64,000 nt of DNA from Bdellovibrionia bacterium (lineage in GTDB: Bacteria; Bdellovibrionota; Bdellovibrionia; Bdellovibrionales; Bdellovibrionaceae). Below the pieces are notes generated by a model. It searched no databases. It saw only the letters and a list, made by a program, of their open reading frames with translations, and was not told the DNA's origin. How positions within the stretch are numbered: the first letter of the stretch is position 1; each line of letters starts with the position of its first letter. Made by a program: the position numbers and the translations under genes. Positions 58,746 through 64,000 of this stretch are shown in pieces. The stretch spans positions 3,967 to 67,966 of the forward strand of contig JBKHVM010000002.1 of NCBI GenBank assembly GCA_046570065.1, written 5' to 3'.

Positions 58746-59215
58746 TGGCTATGGGGCTATCATTTGTCAGTATTTATATAAACGATTTTGATAGTCTTGG
58801 CGCCGCTTATGCCGAAGCAAATAAACTAAGCCAGATGGGCCACGAAGTTCTCGAGATCATTCCCAATGCAGTTGGAGCGGTGATCGTAGCAGGGGCTCAT
58901 CAAGAGATTTCTGACAGGAATTGGTTTTTATCAATATCCCCTCAGGTCTTAACTGCAGTCCGAGGTCTTAACAATAGAATCGAGCTCAACAATAATTTGC
59001 ATGTCCTTGAGTCCGATAGCCTCTTCTCACTTGTGACAGAGGTTATTAAAAATCTTAAGTTGGGAACTGAGATTATTGAATTGAGGCCAGCAAGAGCAGG
59101 CACCAAGCATATCGCCCTCTTAACAGGTGAGGGTATGGTAGCCAGTTCTGATGCCAAAGTAAAACTTACTACAATTGCAGACTTGGACTCTCGTTTTGTT
59201 CAAGGCTTTTTCTAG
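58745..59215 (+). CDS. Hypothetical protein with an internal tandem duplication, translationally coupled to rimO
   Basis: 156 aa. TAATG overlap with rimO. Residues ~10-57 align with ~85-136 (offset 75; shared D-S-L..E..K....G.E(V/I)(L/I)E..P...G). Confidence 0.5.
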   Translation: MAMGLSFVSIYINDFDSLGAAYAEANKLSQMGHEVLEIIPNAVGAVIVAGAHQEISDRNWFLSISPQVLTAVRGLNNRIELNNNLHVLESDSLFSLVTEVIKNLKLGTEIIELRPARAGTKHIALLTGEGMVASSDAKVKLTTIADLDSRFVQGFF

Positions 59216-59258
59216 AGTTGCTAATTAAATATTTTTAGTCTTTGAATAAATGTAAAAC

Positions 59259-60392
59259 TTAGTTTCCAAAAACACATTGATCAGAAGCCTTTTCGAAGGC
59301 CGCAGTCCATTCTCTGTTGTTAGCATTTCTAAGAGTAATCATCGCTTTTCGAAACTTAGGAGCCATAGATCGATCGAGTTTGCATGCTTTTGAGAAAGCC
59401 CCCAAGGAGTCTTCGTATTTTTGAATTTCAAAAGCAGACTCCCCAAGTCCAGTCCATCCTATAGCAGACTTTTCGTTCGCGACAACGGAGCGTTTAAAGA
59501 ACTGCAGAGCTTTAATAAAATCCTTTTTTTCAAACAGCACAAGGGCAAGCTGAATCTGTGCATAATCTGATTTGGAAAACTTTTTTGCTGCAGTCTCTAG
59601 CGTTTTCATGCCTTCAACTTCGTTTTCAGTTTTGAGCTGGGCTAATCCCAAATTGGTGTGGTTTTCTGGAATTGTAGAGTCTAGACCAATCCCTTCTCGG
59701 CAAATACCAAGGGCTTGTTCATAGGTTTTGTCATCAATGCTGAGTTGGCATAACTGTCGGTAATAATGTGGTCTTTTGCCAATATTCTTAATCATGTCTT
59801 GTAAGACGATGCGTAACTCATAGTAGTTTTTTTTGCCATGATAGAAGTCGATGAGGGGCAAATAGGCAGGTTCGTAATCAGGCTTTAGTGAGACAGCTTT
59901 GTTAAAAGCTTCCATAGCAGTTTTTTCTTGTTTTTGTTTTAACTTAGCTCGTCCTTTGATGGTCCAGCCGACATGATCATTCTCATTGTTGGCAACAGCT
60001 AAATTTGCTGCCTTTTCAGCCTTATCTAACTCGTTTCGTGTGATATGAATTTCTGCTAGCAAGTGCAGACCCCTGGGGGGGACCTTGTCAACATAACGCC
60101 AGAGTATCTTCTGTGCATCGTCGGTTTTTTTCTCTTCTATCAAAACTTCAGCGATTTGAATGATGAGATTATAGTTTGCAGGATTCTTTTGAAAATCTTT
60201 TTTAAGTCGTTGCAGTTTTTGAGTATTTGTCTCGCGTGAGGCCACTTTTGCTGGAGTATTACTTTTTGCTGGAGCTGAGCGACCATCTTCCTCAAGAAAC
60301 TCTGAGAAGGCATCAAATTCGTCAGCATGGGCCAGCCCTACGGCTAAAATTGAGACAGTGGCAATGATGGCTGCTAAGCTCTGTTTTATCAT
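59259..60392 (-). CDS. Exported tetratricopeptide-repeat protein
   Basis: 377 aa. Signal peptide ...GLAHA|DE. Multiple 34-aa TPR-like repeats (W..G.A......A..AF.KA..L.P). Confidence 0.75.
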   Translation of the reverse strand: MIKQSLAAIIATVSILAVGLAHADEFDAFSEFLEEDGRSAPAKSNTPAKVASRETNTQKLQRLKKDFQKNPANYNLIIQIAEVLIEEKKTDDAQKILWRYVDKVPPRGLHLLAEIHITRNELDKAEKAANLAVANNENDHVGWTIKGRAKLKQKQEKTAMEAFNKAVSLKPDYEPAYLPLIDFYHGKKNYYELRIVLQDMIKNIGKRPHYYRQLCQLSIDDKTYEQALGICREGIGLDSTIPENHTNLGLAQLKTENEVEGMKTLETAAKKFSKSDYAQIQLALVLFEKKDFIKALQFFKRSVVANEKSAIGWTGLGESAFEIQKYEDSLGAFSKACKLDRSMAPKFRKAMITLRNANNREWTAAFEKASDQCVFGN

Positions 60393-60428
60393 ATGATAGT
60401 ATTATGGCTGAGACTTGAATCTAAGGGA

Positions 60429-61295
60429 ATGAAGATGCGAAGCAACTGTCTTAAGGACCAGGGCGGGCAAGCCCTGATTGAATACGTGTTAATGTTGATC
60501 ATTAGCATTAGTTTGCTTTTGCTTTTAACAGCGCAAATCTTTACTCCATTTAAAGAATTTCTTCGGGCCTATATGGGCACCTACATTCAATGTTTACTCG
60601 AGTATGGAGAGCTGCCGGCCCTTGGCTCTGAAGGAGTTGGAGCCGAATCAGAGTGCAATGCTCGCTTTGAAGATTTTACTATTGGAGCAGGGCGCCCCCC
60701 TAAAACTGATGGTTCGGGAGGCTCTTCAGCATCTGGTGCCAACAACAGGAGCGATAGCAACAGAAGCTCTTCAAGCAGCTCAAGCAGCAGTAGTGATGGC
60801 AGTGGACGTAACAACTCTGGAGGCGGTGGCAGCTCTGGCCGTACTGTGATTGTTAATGGCAGCAATCGACGCTCGATGGGCACAGAGAGCACATCTCCTG
60901 ATGCTGCAAAGACCATTGAAATTGAAGTAAGTGCTCCGGGAGCTGGTTCTGGTCGTTTCTACTCTTCTGGTGGGGGAAGTGATTCGACGTCGTCAAGAAC
61001 AGAGCGGTTTATTACAGGTGAGGTGGTTTCTGATTTTGATCAAAGAAGATTAGCTGCTCAGAACAAGCAAAACGAAACTGCAGGCATGGTAGTCGGTGAA
61101 AATGAACAAGCGCGAGCTCCTAAGAAAATTGCCATCAATCCTCCTAAGAGAGAGGTGTCATCTTTAGATGATGAAGAGGAAGAATTTACTATTGGAAACT
61201 TTATACGAATATTGATTATTGCTGGAATCATCATAGCGATTGTTATCTTTGTAGGTGGTCAAATTCTACAGATGTCTAAAAGCTTTTCTAAATAA
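60429..61295 (+). CDS. Ser/Gly-rich protein with a TadE/Flp-type prepilin-like N-terminus and a C-terminal TM anchor
   Basis: ATG at 60429 after AAGGGA (the ORF track starts at 60393). KDQGG|QALIEYVLMLIISISLLLLL places Glu+5 and Tyr+6 after Gly. Long S/G/N-rich disordered middle. C-terminal FIRILIIAGIIIAIVIFVGG. Confidence 0.6.
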   Translation: MKMRSNCLKDQGGQALIEYVLMLIISISLLLLLTAQIFTPFKEFLRAYMGTYIQCLLEYGELPALGSEGVGAESECNARFEDFTIGAGRPPKTDGSGGSSASGANNRSDSNRSSSSSSSSSSDGSGRNNSGGGGSSGRTVIVNGSNRRSMGTESTSPDAAKTIEIEVSAPGAGSGRFYSSGGGSDSTSSRTERFITGEVVSDFDQRRLAAQNKQNETAGMVVGENEQARAPKKIAINPPKREVSSLDDEEEEFTIGNFIRILIIAGIIIAIVIFVGGQILQMSKSFSK

Positions 61296-61424
61296 CGCAC
61301 CTCGCTTAGATAAACTTTTCCATAAGCGAAAAATAGAATTGAAACAAACGTGAGATTTTAAGAAAAGGTTTGTCCACGTTGGGGGTTCATTTTGGAAAAT
61401 GTGATTGTAATTAATCGCAAGCGT

Positions 61425-61754
61425 ATGTTTTCGTTGTCAGAGGCAAGAGCCTTACTTCCCGTTATTTATCGCATCTCAGAAGAGGCTGAGCGCGAGGTCC
61501 ACTACCAAATGAATCAATTGAAGGCTTTTAAGGATAAAAGTCACCCCCGAGCTATTGAAATTGAAGAGAGAATCAACGCTGTTATTGCCGTATGGCAAAA
61601 TAAGATTGAAAAGCTTGGATGTGAACCTAAAGGTTTGTGGATGGCCGATTTTGATAAGGGTGATGGTTACTTCTGTTGGAAGTTTCCAGAAACAGAAATA
61701 AATTTTTGGCATGGCTACCAAGATGGTTTTTCTGGGCGTATACTTATTGAATGA
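61425..61754 (+). CDS. DUF2203-family protein
   Basis: Start taken at MFSLSEARALLP (the ORF track starts at TTG 61392). C-terminal GYFCWKFPETEINFWHGYQDGFSGR resembles the DUF2203 signature as I recall it. ATGA overlap with nadE. Confidence 0.6.
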   Translation: MFSLSEARALLPVIYRISEEAEREVHYQMNQLKAFKDKSHPRAIEIEERINAVIAVWQNKIEKLGCEPKGLWMADFDKGDGYFCWKFPETEINFWHGYQDGFSGRILIE

Positions 61755-63370
61755 GAATCGGAATAGCCCAAATCAACCCAGTACTAGCAGACTTTGAAAC
61801 CAACTTTAAAAAAATCATTGATGATATTCATAGAGCTCGCGACAAAAAGTGCGAGCTCTTAGTTTTTCCAGAATGTGCACTCATTGGTTATCACCCCTTT
61901 GATCTGTTGGAGCGTGAGGATCTTGTTCGCAAACAAATGAGTTACCTCAAAAAAATCGAAAAACAAGTTCCTTCTGGTATGGCTATAGTCCTTGGACTTA
62001 TCACCTTAACGGGGAAAAAACTTGGCAGACCCTACTACAACTCTGCAGCGCTCATACAAAAAAACAAAAAGACACAATTCTTTCACAAAACACTGTTACC
62101 CACCGGTGATGTTTTTGATGAGGCACGTTTTATTGAGCCATCAAAAATGGATAAAAACTATTTTTCTTATAAAGGGAAAAGGTTTTTTGTAACAATATGT
62201 GAGGACATCTGGGCATGGCCAGATAAAGCTGGAAAATCCCCTTACGAAGTAAATCCCATAAAAAAAGTTGAAAGAAAGAAGACTGATTTAGTAATCAATT
62301 TGTCGGCATCTCCCTACTTTGTTGGAAAAATGAAGTTGAGAGAGCAAGTTGCTTTGCAGACAGCCAAATATTTTAAAGCACCTATTCTCTATGCCAACTT
62401 GGTTGGAGCACAGGATGAGATTATTTTTGATGGAGCGAGCTTTGTTTTGGATCCGCAAGGAAAGAAGCTTTTGAGCTGTCATTCTTTTGAAGAAGATTTA
62501 AATATCTTTGATTTGTCCTCGCGTGAGTCTTGGGCCAAGGCTCCACACATTAGCGAGATAGATGAGTTACATCGAGCCTTAAAAAGGGGACTCGCTGATT
62601 TTGTAACTAAACTAGGGATCAAGCGCGTGCATTTAGGTTTAAGCGGCGGCATTGATTCTGCACTAGTCGCCGCTTTGGCCGTCGATGCTCTTGGGCCTAA
62701 CCGTGTGACCTTAATTGCTATGCCGGGGCCCTTTAGTGATCAGATTTCTTTAGAGCTTGCCGAGCAGCTGGCAAAGAATTTGGGATGTGAGTTTTTAAAT
62801 GTTCCCATAACTAAAATGTATGAAGGCGTGAAAGAGACTGTTGATGTTGCCTTTGCAATAAAGAACTTTTCGACTGTGCACGAGAATCTTCAGGCCCGCA
62901 TTCGAGGCATGACTCTCATGGCTTATGCCAACGCTACGGGAAGCTTATTGCTAACTACTGGAAATAAAAGCGAGTATGCAACTGGATATTCTACACTTTA
63001 TGGAGACATGTGCGGAGGCTTGGCGCCCATTGGAGACTTAACTAAAAAGCAGGTCTATCAACTTTCTAATTTCTACAACTCTCAGAGTGAGCTGATTCCA
63101 CACAGAATCATTGATAGAGCCCCTAGTGCGGAATTGCGACCGAACCAAAAAGATCAGGACAGCTTACCTGAGTACGACATTCTTGATAAATCTGTGGTGC
63201 AACTTGTGGAGAACTTTTCGCCGGCAAAAAGTAAAGCTGAAAAATGGTTATTGCCGATATTAATGGGGACTGAATTTAAGCGGTGGCAGGCGCCACCGAT
63301 TCTAAAAGTCTCTAAACATGCTTTTGGGCGTGGACGACGCTATCCCATCGCCCATAGTTATCGAGGTTAA
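61751..63370 (+). CDS. nadE: Glutamine-dependent NAD+ synthetase
   Basis: 539 aa. N-terminal CN-hydrolase domain (FPECALIGY, ICEDIW). C-terminal PP-loop GLSGGIDSA. Confidence 0.93.
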   Translation: MRIGIAQINPVLADFETNFKKIIDDIHRARDKKCELLVFPECALIGYHPFDLLEREDLVRKQMSYLKKIEKQVPSGMAIVLGLITLTGKKLGRPYYNSAALIQKNKKTQFFHKTLLPTGDVFDEARFIEPSKMDKNYFSYKGKRFFVTICEDIWAWPDKAGKSPYEVNPIKKVERKKTDLVINLSASPYFVGKMKLREQVALQTAKYFKAPILYANLVGAQDEIIFDGASFVLDPQGKKLLSCHSFEEDLNIFDLSSRESWAKAPHISEIDELHRALKRGLADFVTKLGIKRVHLGLSGGIDSALVAALAVDALGPNRVTLIAMPGPFSDQISLELAEQLAKNLGCEFLNVPITKMYEGVKETVDVAFAIKNFSTVHENLQARIRGMTLMAYANATGSLLLTTGNKSEYATGYSTLYGDMCGGLAPIGDLTKKQVYQLSNFYNSQSELIPHRIIDRAPSAELRPNQKDQDSLPEYDILDKSVVQLVENFSPAKSKAEKWLLPILMGTEFKRWQAPPILKVSKHAFGRGRRYPIAHSYRG

Positions 63371-63991
63371 CTAAAGCAGATTGCCAAAGAGGTCCATCTG
63401 TTTTGGTTGGCGAGTGATTTGGGGAAATCGCAACTCAGGTTTGCCGGTAAGAGCTACAAGATTTTCAACCTTCGGCGCCTGACCACCAACAGAAATACGC
63501 TTGAGCATATTAAAGAATAAATGACCGCAATAAGAAGCATCTTCTTCTGCGCGGTGGAAATCTGTTGTTGGAATTTTTAAATGTTGTACCAATGTGCCGA
63601 GCTTATAGTTTGGCAAACCAGGGAATACCTTTCGCGCTATTGGCAGAGTATCTAGGATAATTCCTTTTGCCGCAGGCGTTTCGTGTTTTTTAATATCAGC
63701 GATTAAAAATTGAGAATCGAAAGGAGCATTATGGGCGACCAAGATATCGTCTCCACAAAACTCTGCAAATGCTGGGAGTAAAGAGTCAATGGTGGGCTTA
63801 CCTTTTACCATATCATCAAAGATACCGTTGACTGCAGACGCTCCTGGAGGGATTGGACGAAGGGGGTCAACCAGCGTGGAGAACACCTCTGCAGGTTGAC
63901 CATCAACAAAGCGCACGGCGCCAATTTCTACAATTTGGTCCACACCGGGCACAGTTCCGGTAGTTTCTAAGTCAAATGCTATAAATTTCAT
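63371..63991 (-). CDS. DnaQ-like 3'-5' exonuclease (DEDDh)
   Basis: 206 aa. ExoI FDLETTG, ExoII AHNAPFDSQFL, ExoIII HRAEEDA. Confidence 0.85.
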   Translation of the reverse strand: MKFIAFDLETTGTVPGVDQIVEIGAVRFVDGQPAEVFSTLVDPLRPIPPGASAVNGIFDDMVKGKPTIDSLLPAFAEFCGDDILVAHNAPFDSQFLIADIKKHETPAAKGIILDTLPIARKVFPGLPNYKLGTLVQHLKIPTTDFHRAEEDASYCGHLFFNMLKRISVGGQAPKVENLVALTGKPELRFPQITRQPKQMDLFGNLL

Positions 63992-64000
63992 ATTTTTGTG

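Noticed and set aside
60760-60800. The serine-codon run (SSSSSSSSS) as a phase-variable simple sequence repeat.
   Set aside because: The codons are mixed (AGC/TCA/TCT/AGT) and do not form a perfect tandem repeat, so slippage is unlikely.
60587-60916. A minus-strand 109-aa ORF and a plus-strand 81-aa ORF overlapping the Ser/Gly-rich middle of the TadE-like gene.
   Set aside because: These are low-complexity AGC/GGC-type codon runs that stay open in several frames. The products are Leu/Pro/Glu-rich nonsense.
48657-61295. pilT plus the TadE/Flp-like protein as parts of one pilus locus.
   Set aside because: They are ~11 kb apart and separated by translation and NAD genes. PilT belongs to type IVa retraction, whereas the G/xxxxEY motif belongs to the Tad/Flp class, which does not use PilT.

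Overview
This is a gene-dense, low-GC bacterial chromosomal window with about 60 confident CDSs and no rRNA, tRNA, CRISPR, IS or phage genes visible by eye. The gene content looks like the origin-proximal core of a Bdellovibrio-like (Bdellovibrionota) predator, but that taxonomic call is inference only. Gene order runs as follows. (1) mnmE-mnmG-rsmG, then parS, a lipoprotein gene, a second parS, and parA-parB-bactofilin. (2) An F1Fo ATP synthase operon b'-b-delta-alpha-gamma-beta-epsilon with no a or c subunit genes. (3) An exported GH3 hexosaminidase, a small OMP and mfd. (4) nuoA-H-J-K-L-M-N, which is the membrane arm only. (5) A patatin, a small HTH protein, lon and two tandem DksA-like genes. 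(6) A minus-strand operon hemW-grpE-J protein-LpoA-like lipoprotein. (7) A fused M16 peptidase, a hypothetical, and tatB-like/tatC. (8) A three-gene acyl-CoA carboxylase (CT, BC, BT-BCCP), then an S8 lipoprotein protease. (9) deoC-deoA-punA, pilT and rng. (10) rplU-rpmA, a terminator, then obg-nadD::rsfS-rlmH. (11) A protein-glutaminase-like exported enzyme, comF-like, lolA-like-rimO-hypothetical, a TPR protein, a TadE/Flp-like S/G-rich protein, DUF2203-nadE and a DnaQ-like exonuclease. I see no clear multi-gene novel defence or secretion system. The items most worth a second look are these. Two perfect parS palindromes exactly bracket one lipoprotein gene. nadD and rsfS are fused in frame. 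An exported homologue of protein-glutamine glutaminase has an intact Cys-His-Asp triad. L21 carries a histone-H1-like Lys/Ala tail. The nuo cluster has no peripheral-arm genes. The carboxylase alpha subunit is split inside its BT domain. A 289-aa protein with a prepilin-type (G/xxxxEY) N-terminus and a C-terminal anchor lies next to a TPR protein. A tandem-duplicated 156-aa unknown is translationally coupled to rimO. All functional calls rest on motif recognition by eye, and no database search was run.
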